From a virus (Duplodnaviria > Caudoviricetes), in IMG/VR virus record IMGVR_UViG_3300046786_000189, positions 1-51,073 of that record: a stretch of DNA of 51,073 nt, one strand, 5' to 3'. Both the position numbers and the translations under genes were made by a program. How positions within the stretch are numbered: position 1 is the first letter of the stretch; each line of letters opens with the position of its first letter. The notes under the pieces are model-generated. The model ran no database searches. It was not told the DNA's origin and worked only from the letters and a program-made list of their open reading frames with translations. This document shows, piece by piece, positions 17,113 through 26,438 of this stretch.

Positions 17113-18894
17113 ATGTCTTATAAAAAGCGTTTCTCTGGATCAAATCTAAACGGGCAAATGAGTCCAATTTCCGGCTCCAATAGCAATAGGGGTGCCTGGA
17201 ACAGCGGTGCTGGTATGAACAATACTGGTACTGGTGGTTGGAATAATGATGAGTTTGGATACAAAAACTATCAAAGTCGTTTACCTGAAGTTTATACTGG
17301 TCACCCAAATCGTATTGAGCGTTATAATCAATATGAAATGATGGATATTGATGCTGAAATCAATGCATGTTTAGACATTATTGCTGAGTTCAGCACACAG
17401 AAAAACGAACACAACAACACACCTTTTGATATAGAATTCAATGACGATCCTACCCCACATGAAGTAGAATTGATTAAAAAGCAACTACAACAGTGGTGTA
17501 AACTGAATGAATTAGGTACTAGAACATTTAAAATTTTCCGTAATTGTTTGAAATACGGAGATCAAGTATTTGTACGTGACCCAGAGAACTTCAAAATGTA
17601 CTGGGTTGACATGACTAAGGTCACTAAAGTCATCGTCAACGAATCAGAAGGTAAGAAGCCAGAGCAGTATGTAATTAAGGATATCAATCCTAACTTACAA
17701 AATTTAAGTATCGCTGAAAAGACAACAACAGATTTCCAAGCACAACCCCCAACAGCAGGTTATAGTGCTCCTTATAGTTACACAGTTCCTAACGAACCAT
17801 ATGGTACAACAGGATCACGTTTTACTTTGGGTATGAATGAAGCTGCAATTGATGCAAAGCACGTTGTTCATTTAAGTTTAACTGAAGGTTTGGACAGATA
17901 CTGGCCCTTTGGTCAGTCAATTTTAGAAAACATTTTCAAAGTTTATAAGCAAAAAGAACTATTAGAAGATGCTATTCTAATCTATCGTATATCACGTGCT
18001 CCTGAGCGCAGAGTGTTTAAAATTGACGTTGGTAACATGCCAAGTCATATGGCAATGGCATTCATTGACCGTGTAAAGAACGAGATTCACCAAAGACGTA
18101 TTCCAAGTCTTGGTGGAGGACAAAGTGTAGTAGATGCTACATACAATCCATTATCAATTAATGAAGATTACTTCTTCCCAGTAACAGCAGATGGTCGTGG
18201 TAGCGATGTTACTATGTTGCAGGGTGGACAAAACTTAGGTGAGATTGATGACTTACGCTACTTCAACAATAGGTTAGCACGTGGTTTGCGTGTGCCAAGT
18301 AGCTATCTTCCAACTGGACCTGAAGACAATCCTACTCCATTGAGTGATGGTCGTGTTGGTACAGCTATGATCCAAGAGTTCCGTTTCAATCAGTATTGTG
18401 AACGTCTACAAAAGTATGTTTGTGAAAAACTAAACGATGAGTTCAAGTTGTTCATGCGTTGGAGAGGGTTCAATATTGATAGTGGTTTGTTTGATTTAAA
18501 ATTTAACAGCCCACAAAACTTTGCCGCATATCGTCAAAGTGAACTAGATACAGCACGTGTAACAGTATTTCAAGCAATGGAAGCTTTCCCGTATATTAGC
18601 AAACGCTTTGCTATGGAACGATTCTTAGGATTAACCGAGCAAGAGATTGAAGAAAACAGTCGTTTATGGTTTGAAGAACGTGAGAAACCTGAAGATGCTG
18701 AAGGTCAAGGTAGTGACTTACGTAGTATTGGCATCAATCCAGGTGATATTGAATCTGATTCTGAACTTGCTGATGAGATGGAAAGTGAGCCAGGTGAAGA
18801 TTTAGAAGGCGGTGAGATGGGTAATCCAGCAGTTGCCGGAGCTGAACTTGGTGCCGGAGCTCCTCCCCCTCCCCCAGCACCATCAGGCGTATAA
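17113..18894 (+). CDS. gp20: Portal protein, T4 gp20-like
   Basis: 'LLEDAILIYRISRAPERRVFKIDVGNMP', 'EDYFFP...GRGS.V..L.GGQNLGEIDD..YF', 'L.VP.S.L'; acidic/Pro-rich tail. Confidence 0.95.
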   Translation: MSYKKRFSGSNLNGQMSPISGSNSNRGAWNSGAGMNNTGTGGWNNDEFGYKNYQSRLPEVYTGHPNRIERYNQYEMMDIDAEINACLDIIAEFSTQKNEHNNTPFDIEFNDDPTPHEVELIKKQLQQWCKLNELGTRTFKIFRNCLKYGDQVFVRDPENFKMYWVDMTKVTKVIVNESEGKKPEQYVIKDINPNLQNLSIAEKTTTDFQAQPPTAGYSAPYSYTVPNEPYGTTGSRFTLGMNEAAIDAKHVVHLSLTEGLDRYWPFGQSILENIFKVYKQKELLEDAILIYRISRAPERRVFKIDVGNMPSHMAMAFIDRVKNEIHQRRIPSLGGGQSVVDATYNPLSINEDYFFPVTADGRGSDVTMLQGGQNLGEIDDLRYFNNRLARGLRVPSSYLPTGPEDNPTPLSDGRVGTAMIQEFRFNQYCERLQKYVCEKLNDEFKLFMRWRGFNIDSGLFDLKFNSPQNFAAYRQSELDTARVTVFQAMEAFPYISKRFAMERFLGLTEQEIEENSRLWFEEREKPEDAEGQGSDLRSIGINPGDIESDSELADEMESEPGEDLEGGEMGNPAVAGAELGAGAPPPPPAPSGV

Positions 18895-18909
18895 TAGATA
18901 AATAATATT

Positions 18910-19140
18910 ATGAAACTTTTTGAAATGTTTGATCCAGCAATACCAGGGTATCAGGACGTAGGTTCTGATGAGAGCCGTGTTAAGTGGACAGAAACGAGAA
19001 AAGCAAAACTCACATTACGTCAGATTCGTAAATTACGAAAAATGAATGACGTTCGCAATTATGAAAAGGCAAAGAATCTAGGTAAGATTCGCAAACAGTA
19101 CACTCCTGCCCCAGAAGAAGGCACAATGCCCTCTCTTTGA
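18910..19140 (+). CDS. Small head-module protein (hypothetical, basic)
   Basis: 76-aa ORF between portal and core genes; ATAAATA 5 nt upstream of the ATG. Confidence 0.65.
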   Translation: MKLFEMFDPAIPGYQDVGSDESRVKWTETRKAKLTLRQIRKLRKMNDVRNYEKAKNLGKIRKQYTPAPEEGTMPSL

Positions 19141-19246
19141 TAGTATTTCAACCAAAAACGCAAAAAAATAGCACTTATTGAGCACATTTGGCGACTACTC
19201 GCTAAATAATCTTACACAAGCCATTTCTATTCAGGAGAACAAAACA

Positions 19247-20065
19247 ATGGATAACAAAAAATTTGAACAACTTATTGATTTGATTATCAATGAGAACGAA
19301 GAACAAGCACGTGCATTATTTCACGATATCGTAGTTGAAAAGAGCCGCGAAATTTATGAATCAATGATGTACGAAGAAGCTGACGACGGCGAAGAGCAAG
19401 TTGATGAAGCTAAAGAAGAAGATGAAGATGAAGAACAAGTTGACGAAGGTTTAGATACCGGCGATGAGATGGAAGGTCTAATGGACGAAATCTCTGGCGA
19501 TGAACAAGGTATGACCGAAGAAGATGACGAGTTTGCTGATATCGAAATTGACTCTGATGACGAAACTCCAGAAGGTGATTTAGAAGACCGCGTTGTTGAC
19601 CTAGAAGATAAACTAGACCAATTGATGGCTGAGTTTGAATCCCAATTAGCCGGTGATGACGGCGACATGGGTGATGATGACATGGACATGGGCGATGATG
19701 ACATGGGTGACGATGAAGGCGAAGATGACGCTATGATGGAAGCTGTAGAATTACAGAAAGTATCCGTTACACATGGTGACAATGGTCAAAACACAAAGAG
19801 CCCAGTAAGTGGCGGTTCTAAAGTATCTGCAAATGGTGCTAAGGCTGTTAACTTCACAGGCGACGGCGGCAAAGGTGGCACACAAGGTGGTTTATTGAAC
19901 CCAGCTACTAAAGACGTAAAAGGTGCTGGTCAATTCAAGAATGCACCAGGTAACAAAAGTGTAGACTTAACCGCAGCTCCAAAAGCCAAAGCTGGTGATG
20001 ACGGCGCTGATGCGAAAAGTCCAGTAGCAGAATCTAAGAAAACTGCTAAGAAGATTGTTAAGTAA
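19247..20065 (+). CDS. Highly acidic prohead core/internal protein (putative)
   Basis: D/E-rich middle and G/K-rich tail, located between portal and protease. Start re-called at 19247 (CAGGAG SD; CTAAATA at 19202-19208). Confidence 0.6.
   Translation: MDNKKFEQLIDLIINENEEQARALFHDIVVEKSREIYESMMYEEADDGEEQVDEAKEEDEDEEQVDEGLDTGDEMEGLMDEISGDEQGMTEEDDEFADIEIDSDDETPEGDLEDRVVDLEDKLDQLMAEFESQLAGDDGDMGDDDMDMGDDDMGDDEGEDDAMMEAVELQKVSVTHGDNGQNTKSPVSGGSKVSANGAKAVNFTGDGGKGGTQGGLLNPATKDVKGAGQFKNAPGNKSVDLTAAPKAKAGDDGADAKSPVAESKKTAKKIVK
19655..19730 (+). repeat. Short coding tandem repeat (GACATGGGYGAYGAT-like, encoding DMGDD)
   Basis: About three imperfect copies inside the acidic core gene. Confidence 0.5.
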
Positions 20066-20079
20066 GGAAACCTGAGATA

Positions 20080-20712
20080 ATGGCTTTGTATCTCAAAGAG
20101 CATCTAACATTCGACCGCGCAAGCATGGTGGTCGAATCAGTTAGTGACGGTGACAAGAAGAACCTCTATATGAAGGGGATCTTCATTCAGGGTGGGGTAA
20201 AAAACGCTAACGAGCGTGTTTACCCTGTTTCTGAAATTGAAAACGCTGTTAACGCTTTGAACGAACAAATTTCTACAGGTTACTCAGTCTTAGGTGAAGT
20301 CGATCACCCAGACGATTTAAAAATCAATTTAGACCGTGTATCACATATGATTACTCAGATGTGGATGGATGGTGCTAATGGTTTTGGAAAACTAAAGATT
20401 TTACCAACTCCAATGGGACAGTTAGTGTCTACAATGTTGGAGAGTGGTGTCAAACTCGGAGTCAGTAGTAGAGGTAGCGGTAACGTTAACGATATGAATG
20501 GCCAAGTCAGTGACTTTGAAATTGTCACTGTAGATATCGTTGCTCAACCAAGCGCACCAAACGCATATCCAAAAGCTATATACGAAGGTATGATGAACAT
20601 GAAAAATGGTCATAAGTTATTGGAGATTGCTAAGGACGCACAGAGCGACAAAAAAGTACAGAGATACCTGAAAGACGAAGTAGTTCGTCTTATCAAGGAC
20701 CTCAAGATATAA
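20080..20712 (+). CDS. gp21: Prohead core protease, T4 gp21-like
   Basis: 'GIFIQG...NANERVYP', 'LGEVDHP', 'TPMG', 'GVSSRGSG', 'DIVAQPSAPNAYP'. Confidence 0.95.
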   Translation: MALYLKEHLTFDRASMVVESVSDGDKKNLYMKGIFIQGGVKNANERVYPVSEIENAVNALNEQISTGYSVLGEVDHPDDLKINLDRVSHMITQMWMDGANGFGKLKILPTPMGQLVSTMLESGVKLGVSSRGSGNVNDMNGQVSDFEIVTVDIVAQPSAPNAYPKAIYEGMMNMKNGHKLLEIAKDAQSDKKVQRYLKDEVVRLIKDLKI

Positions 20713-20723
20713 AGGGAATAGAT

Positions 20724-21821
20724 ATGCTAGATGCAATCAAACCATTACTTGAGAGCGGAATTATCAATGAAGAAACCAGCGTTGCTATCAATGAAGCGTG
20801 GGAATCAAAGTTGAATGAAGCTCGTGAGCAAGTACGTGCTGAATTACGTGAAGAATTCGCACAACGTTACGAACACGATAAGAACGTGATGGTAGAAGCC
20901 CTTGATAAAATGGTTACAGAAGGTCTTTCAACAGAGATTGAAGAATTCAATCTAGAGAGACAAGCAATGAACGAAGACCGCGTAAAAGCACAACAAAAAT
21001 TGCGTGAAAGCGCAACTAAGTTCAACGATTTTATGGTTAGTAAACTAGCTGAAGAAATCAAAGAACTACGTGCAGAACGTAAGATTCAATTAGAAAGCCA
21101 GCAGAAACTAGAGCAATTCATTGTTCACGCTTTATCACGTGAAATCAAAGAATTTGCACAAGACAAGCAGGCAGTAGTTGAAGCTAAAGTTAAGTTAGTT
21201 GCTGAAGGTCGTAAACAACTTGAAGAATTGAAGTCACGTTTTGTGATTGAAAGTGCTAAGAGAATGAACGAATCTGTCACCAAACATCTTAAGGGTGAAA
21301 TGGCTCAATTGAAAGAAGATATTAAGATCGCACGTGAAAACGATTTTGGTCGTAAGATTTTCGAATCCTTTGCTAGCGAATTCAGTTCTACTCATTTAAA
21401 TGAGAAGGCTGAAACACGTAAGTTAATGGCAGCATTAACTGAAAAGGATCAACAATTAGCTGAATCCATCAAAACCGTCAACGAAGCTAAGAAGCTAGTT
21501 GAATCAAAAGAACGTGAAGTTCGAATTATCAAAGAATCCAATACCCGTCAAAAGGCAATGGATGAATTGCTAGGTACTCTAAATGAGGAAAAAGCAAAGG
21601 TAATGAAGGACTTACTAGAAAGCGTCCAAACCCCTCGTCTACAGGCCGCTTTTGACAAGTATCTACCAGCAGTACTAAACAATGCTCCAGTGAAGAAAGC
21701 TGAAAAGCAAGTAATCGCTGAAAGTGTTACAGAAGTAACTGGTGATAAATCTGCCGTAAAACAAGTTGAAGTCGAAGAACGTACCAACGTCATCGAACTA
21801 AGACGTTTGGCAGGGCTTTAA
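20724..21821 (+). CDS. Prohead scaffolding protein, gp22-like
   Basis: E/K-rich coiled coil between the protease and the major capsid gene; C-terminus 'LRRLAGL'. Confidence 0.75.
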   Translation: MLDAIKPLLESGIINEETSVAINEAWESKLNEAREQVRAELREEFAQRYEHDKNVMVEALDKMVTEGLSTEIEEFNLERQAMNEDRVKAQQKLRESATKFNDFMVSKLAEEIKELRAERKIQLESQQKLEQFIVHALSREIKEFAQDKQAVVEAKVKLVAEGRKQLEELKSRFVIESAKRMNESVTKHLKGEMAQLKEDIKIARENDFGRKIFESFASEFSSTHLNEKAETRKLMAALTEKDQQLAESIKTVNEAKKLVESKEREVRIIKESNTRQKAMDELLGTLNEEKAKVMKDLLESVQTPRLQAAFDKYLPAVLNNAPVKKAEKQVIAESVTEVTGDKSAVKQVEVEERTNVIELRRLAGL

Positions 21822-21851
21822 AAATAAAGACATAATTAGGAGAATATAAAC

Positions 21852-23048
21852 ATGTCACAAGTTCTATTAGAAAGCCGTTGGGACGAGACCAAAGAAGCCC
21901 TACTTGAAGGTCTTAAAGGTACTCGCCGCTCAACAATGGGTGTTATTTTAGAAAACACCAAAAAAGCACTATTGAAGGAATCTTCAGCAGGTACAACTAC
22001 AGCAGGTAACATCGCTACATTGAACCGTGTGATTCTACCAGTTATCCGTCGTGTAATGCCAACAGTTATCGCTAACGAGTTGGTAGGCGTACAGCCAATG
22101 ACAGGTCCAGTTGGTCAGATCCATACACTACGTGTACGTTATGCTCAGTCATTGAATGACACTTCAGCAGCAGCAACATCAGTTGTAGCAGGTGAAGAAG
22201 CTCTAAGCCCATTCAAGATTGCTCAGGCATATTCTACACAACCAAATGCTTCTGATTCATCTTCTATCTATACTGCTAACAACACAGCAGCATTAGAAGG
22301 TAATGGCGGTAAGCAGATTTCTGTACAGATTCTACGTCAAGCTGTTGAAGCTAAGTCACGTAAGTTGCAAGCACGTTGGACATTTGAGGCAGCACAAGAT
22401 GCACAGTCTCAACATGGTATCGACGTTGAAGCAGAAATCATGGCAGCTCTAGCACAAGAAATTACTGCTGAAATTGACCAAGAAATTCTATTGAGCCTAA
22501 GCTCTCTAGCAACAACAGAGTACACATATAACCAAGCTACCGTTTCTGGTACAGCTACATTCGTTGGTGACGAACACGCTGCTCTAGCAGTTCTAATCAA
22601 CCGTGTTGCTAACTTGATTGCACAACGCACACGCCGTGGTGCAGGTAACTGGGCAGTTGTATCTCCAGCAGCATTGACTGTTCTACAGTCAGCTACAACA
22701 TCAGCATTCGCACGTACTACAGAAGGTACATTCGAAGCACCAACAAATACAAAGTTCGTTGGTACATTGAACGGTGCAATGCGTGTGTTCGTAAACAGCT
22801 ATGCTCAAGACACACAACCAGTTCTAGTTGGTTACAAGGGTTCATCTGAGACAGATGCAGCGGCATTCTATTGCCCATACATCCCATTGATGAGTTCTGG
22901 TGTTGTTCTAGATCCTAACACATTCGAACCAGTAGTCAGCTTTATGACACGTTATGGTTATGTTGAGTTAACAAACACAGCATCATAATTCGGTAACGCT
23001 GCTGATTACCTAGGTGAGATCGCTGTTTCTAACCTAACATTCCAATAA
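21852..23048 (+). CDS. gp23: Major capsid protein, gp23-like; in-frame TAA at 22986-22988 interrupts the last 20 codons
   Basis: 'VIRRVMPTVIANELVGVQPMTGPVGQI', 'AKSRKLQARWTFEAAQD', 'EIDQEIL', 'FYCPYIPL', 'FMTRYG'. After the TAA the frame continues FGNAADYLGEIAVSNLTFQ to TAA at 23046-23048, just before the terminator. Confidence 0.93.
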
Positions 23049-23072
23049 TCAAATTTTGGAATCAAATCAAAA

Positions 23073-23092
23073 GGGACTTCGGTCCCTTTTTT
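23073..23092 (+). terminator. Rho-independent terminator after the capsid gene
   Basis: GGGAC-TTCG-GTCCC-TTTTTT (UUCG tetraloop), with an A-run upstream so possibly bidirectional. Confidence 0.9.
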
Positions 23093-23138
23093 GTTGGACA
23101 GATAAATACAATATCATTTTTATTAAAGGAATTTTAAC

Positions 23139-23726
23139 ATGGCAAGTCCTCCCCCACCATACGATGATATCACTGGTATCAGTCGTACAATAATGAAAGA
23201 TAACTTTGACACCACACTTAACAACTATGATGGTAACGCTCGTCCTGGCGAGTTAGTAGTTGATTTAACAGTAGATCCTCCAGCCGTATATGTCGGTAAC
23301 AACAATGGGGACTTGTCTGCTGTTGGTGGCGGAACTGGAGCAATTAACCCAACTTATGTAGATCCAGCACCAGTCTCAGGAAACTATATGACTGTTAATA
23401 CAGCGGACTATAGTGCTGTTATTATTACAGGTAATTTAACTGCTAACTTCACACTTAATTTACAAGCTGATGCACTTAGTCAGCCAGACGCCGGCGTAAC
23501 TGTTACTGCTGGTATGACCGTTATTTTTACCAACAGTGGATCAAACACTTATGGTATCACAGGTTTAAGAGCTGGCGGCTCTTGGGGCGGTAGCGACACT
23601 TTGATTACTGGAACTCCTGCTGCAGGAAAAACAGTATTAGCACAAGTATACCTAGCAGTAACCGGCGACGGTACACCAAACCCAGACAGAGTAGGCTATG
23701 TTGCCTATACAACAGTTAATAATTAA
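23139..23726 (+). CDS. Putative capsid decoration/head-fibre protein
   Basis: Has its own ATAAATA (23102-23108), AAGGA SD and terminator, directly after the capsid gene. N-terminal 'GELVVD...VYVG' module followed by a beta-rich domain. Confidence 0.45.
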   Translation: MASPPPPYDDITGISRTIMKDNFDTTLNNYDGNARPGELVVDLTVDPPAVYVGNNNGDLSAVGGGTGAINPTYVDPAPVSGNYMTVNTADYSAVIITGNLTANFTLNLQADALSQPDAGVTVTAGMTVIFTNSGSNTYGITGLRAGGSWGGSDTLITGTPAAGKTVLAQVYLAVTGDGTPNPDRVGYVAYTTVNN

Positions 23727-23754
23727 AATCAACCCTCGGGATGGGAAGGCAACT

Positions 23755-23778
23755 AAGCACACTTCGGTGTGCTTTTTT
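23755..23778 (+). terminator. Rho-independent terminator
   Basis: AAGCACAC-TTCG-GTGTGCTT-TTTT. Confidence 0.9.
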
Positions 23779-23849
23779 GTTGGTTGCCAAAACTCTCTAT
23801 TATAGAAAAATGATAAATAATAGATATACTTTACATATTGAGAATTTTC

Positions 23850-24575
23850 ATGGCAGCAAATCCTTTTAACTCAGTCGGCGGATATACAATTGGTATACCA
23901 CCCACTACAGTTATTGATAGTAATGGTAATGTTACTGCTGGTACTATTACTGCAACTGACATAACCGCATCAGGTGATACTAATATCACTGGAAATATAA
24001 CATTAGGTGGTGATATAGTTGCTAATGGATCAATCACTTCATCTATGTTTTATGGAGATTTCTCAGGAAATATTGTAGGAAATTTAGTAGTACCTGGCGA
24101 CAATACACAAGTGTTGTTTAATAATAATGGTAATGCTGGTGCGAGTTCAGGATTTACATTTGATAGTATTGCACAATTGGCTACGATTAGTGGTGATTTA
24201 GTTGCAAACACTATGACTTTGGGATCAGGTGTTTACCAATTATGTGAGTCTAAAGCATTGTTTGCAGACACAACATCAACTACAGCCGATCAAGTATTGT
24301 ATACTGTTAATGCTGGTACTATATCTGCACTAGATGTCACAATAGTAGCAACAGATGCAACTGGAGGTAATCGTCAGATTAGTAAATTATTTGCAACAGT
24401 ATGGGATGGGGAAGTAGGCTATTTTGAGTATGGTACGATTGATGTTCCGTTGCTTGGTCCTGGTGTCGCAGATTTTAAGGTAGTTTATAGTTTAGGTAAT
24501 GTACTTTTAACTGTAACTCCAATGACAGCAAACACAGTGACCTACAAAATAATGATGACGAGTTATAAAGAATAA
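23850..24575 (+). CDS. Virion fibre/structural protein 1
   Basis: N-terminal FNSVGG motif, a 'TQVLFNNNG..GASSGFTFD' module and a C-terminal beta domain shared with the next three genes. Start re-called at 23850; ATAAATA at 23813-23819. Confidence 0.6.
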   Translation: MAANPFNSVGGYTIGIPPTTVIDSNGNVTAGTITATDITASGDTNITGNITLGGDIVANGSITSSMFYGDFSGNIVGNLVVPGDNTQVLFNNNGNAGASSGFTFDSIAQLATISGDLVANTMTLGSGVYQLCESKALFADTTSTTADQVLYTVNAGTISALDVTIVATDATGGNRQISKLFATVWDGEVGYFEYGTIDVPLLGPGVADFKVVYSLGNVLLTVTPMTANTVTYKIMMTSYKE

Positions 24576-24587
24576 GGAAATATAAGA

Positions 24588-26423
24588 ATGGCAATTAGAA
24601 CCTTTAACTCAGTTGGCGGCTTCTCGGTAGGTGAAAACCCTTCTACCGTTATATTAGCTAACGGAGACATAACAACTACTAATGCGAATTTAACGGGTAA
24701 TCTTAATGCTTCTATTGTTAATACCGGTAGTGTTATAGCATCCGGGGATGTGAGTGCTAATACAATTAGAACAGATTATTATCTGTACGCAAACGGCGCA
24801 CCAGTAGACTTTCAACAAGCACAAGGATCTAATGGACAGATTCAATATAATTTAAACAATGATTTTGGTGCTAGTTCAAATTTAACTTTTGATGCCGCTA
24901 CCAATACATTTTTTACTTCAATTGGTAATATTCCTACATTAACATCTACTTCGGCTACTATAGCAACTGCGTCAATAACAGGTAGCGCAACAGTCGGGGA
25001 TACATTATCAGTAACTGGAAATGTTACGGGTGCTAATTTAATATCAAACAATATTGTATCTGGAACTACTTTTACAGGTACTAATCTTTCTATAACAAGT
25101 ACTGCTACGGTTGGTAATTTAAATATTACTGGTAACGTAACATCAAATCTTGTACCATCTAATCCTAATCTTGATTTGGGATCTCCAGAATCGCCATGGC
25201 GTGATTTGTGGATATCCGCTGGTACTATTAAAATGGTTTCTAGTACTGGAACTACAAACGTATCGTCTAGTGGCAATACTCTTATTACTACAAATGCTAA
25301 CGTTCCCGGAGATTTGTTAGCTGGTAATCTAACTGTACTTGGATTTAGTAATTTATTAGGAAACTTAACTATTGCAGGAAACTTAACAGTAGGTGGAAAT
25401 ACTACGTATGTTAACGTAGATGAAATTATTGTTAAAGATCCTATTATTGAATTGGGTGGCGCAAACAACGGCGGTAATGCTACGACCTTTGATGGCAAAG
25501 ATCGTGGTATGTTATTGCATAATTATTATGCAAACAATGCTGGCCCTATAAATCAATATTTAGGTTGGAAAACTAGTGATAATGAATTCCAAGCATTAAC
25601 TGCGGCAACAATTTCTAATGAAGTTATTTCTGGAGTAGCAGCTAACTTAAGAGTTAATGCGTTATTAGGTGATGTATTTGGTACCAATGTAAACGCTACA
25701 AATATTTCAGCTACAAACTTAACAGGTACATTACAAACTTCATCACAGACTAATATTACTCAAGTTGGTACATTAACTGATTTAAATGTTTCAGGTAATT
25801 TGGATGTAACTGGCACAGCAAGTTTAGGTGCTACTACTGTAGATTCATTAGTAGCTAGTGGAATTACATATCCATTAGCTGATGGCTCAGGTGGTCAGTT
25901 CTTAAAGACTTATGGTAATGGTGTATTAGCGTTTGCATCTGTAAGCAGTTCAGATTTGTCAAATGGCACTAGTAACATTGTAATTCAACAAAATAGTAAT
26001 GTAAATATGTCAGTTGGTGGCACTGCTAACGTAGGACAATTTACAACCAGTGGACTAGTAGTACAAGGTAATATCACAACAACAGGTAACGTTGGTATAG
26101 GATATACCAACATTAAGTGGGCATCACTAACTACCACAACTACTGTTACTGACCAAATAATTGCAAGTGTTCCCGCAGCTTCTATACGAGGAGTAGAATT
26201 CTTTGTTAAAGGTGAAGATACAACAGGAGGAAAATACGTAATATCTACTATACAAGCAGTTCACGACGGATCATCAGTTGATTACAATTCATATGGTACT
26301 GTTCGTATGGGAACATCACCGGGTACATTAGCAGTAGCGTATGCTTCTGGTAGTATTCGTTTAACAGTATCTCCATCAAGTACTAACAGCACAGTATGGA
26401 CAACACAATATAAAACAATATAA
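24588..26423 (+). CDS. Virion fibre protein 2
   Basis: T/S/N/G-rich, N-terminal FNSVGG, 'KDPIIELGG..DRG' module and shared C-terminal domain. Confidence 0.7.
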   Translation: MAIRTFNSVGGFSVGENPSTVILANGDITTTNANLTGNLNASIVNTGSVIASGDVSANTIRTDYYLYANGAPVDFQQAQGSNGQIQYNLNNDFGASSNLTFDAATNTFFTSIGNIPTLTSTSATIATASITGSATVGDTLSVTGNVTGANLISNNIVSGTTFTGTNLSITSTATVGNLNITGNVTSNLVPSNPNLDLGSPESPWRDLWISAGTIKMVSSTGTTNVSSSGNTLITTNANVPGDLLAGNLTVLGFSNLLGNLTIAGNLTVGGNTTYVNVDEIIVKDPIIELGGANNGGNATTFDGKDRGMLLHNYYANNAGPINQYLGWKTSDNEFQALTAATISNEVISGVAANLRVNALLGDVFGTNVNATNISATNLTGTLQTSSQTNITQVGTLTDLNVSGNLDVTGTASLGATTVDSLVASGITYPLADGSGGQFLKTYGNGVLAFASVSSSDLSNGTSNIVIQQNSNVNMSVGGTANVGQFTTSGLVVQGNITTTGNVGIGYTNIKWASLTTTTTVTDQIIASVPAASIRGVEFFVKGEDTTGGKYVISTIQAVHDGSSVDYNSYGTVRMGTSPGTLAVAYASGSIRLTVSPSSTNSTVWTTQYKTI

Positions 26424-26438
26424 TAACGAGACGGCTTT

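Noticed and set aside
22986-22988. Genome-wide TAA reassignment
   Set aside because: TAA is the normal stop for most genes in the window, often in TAATG overlaps. Only this one instance is internal.
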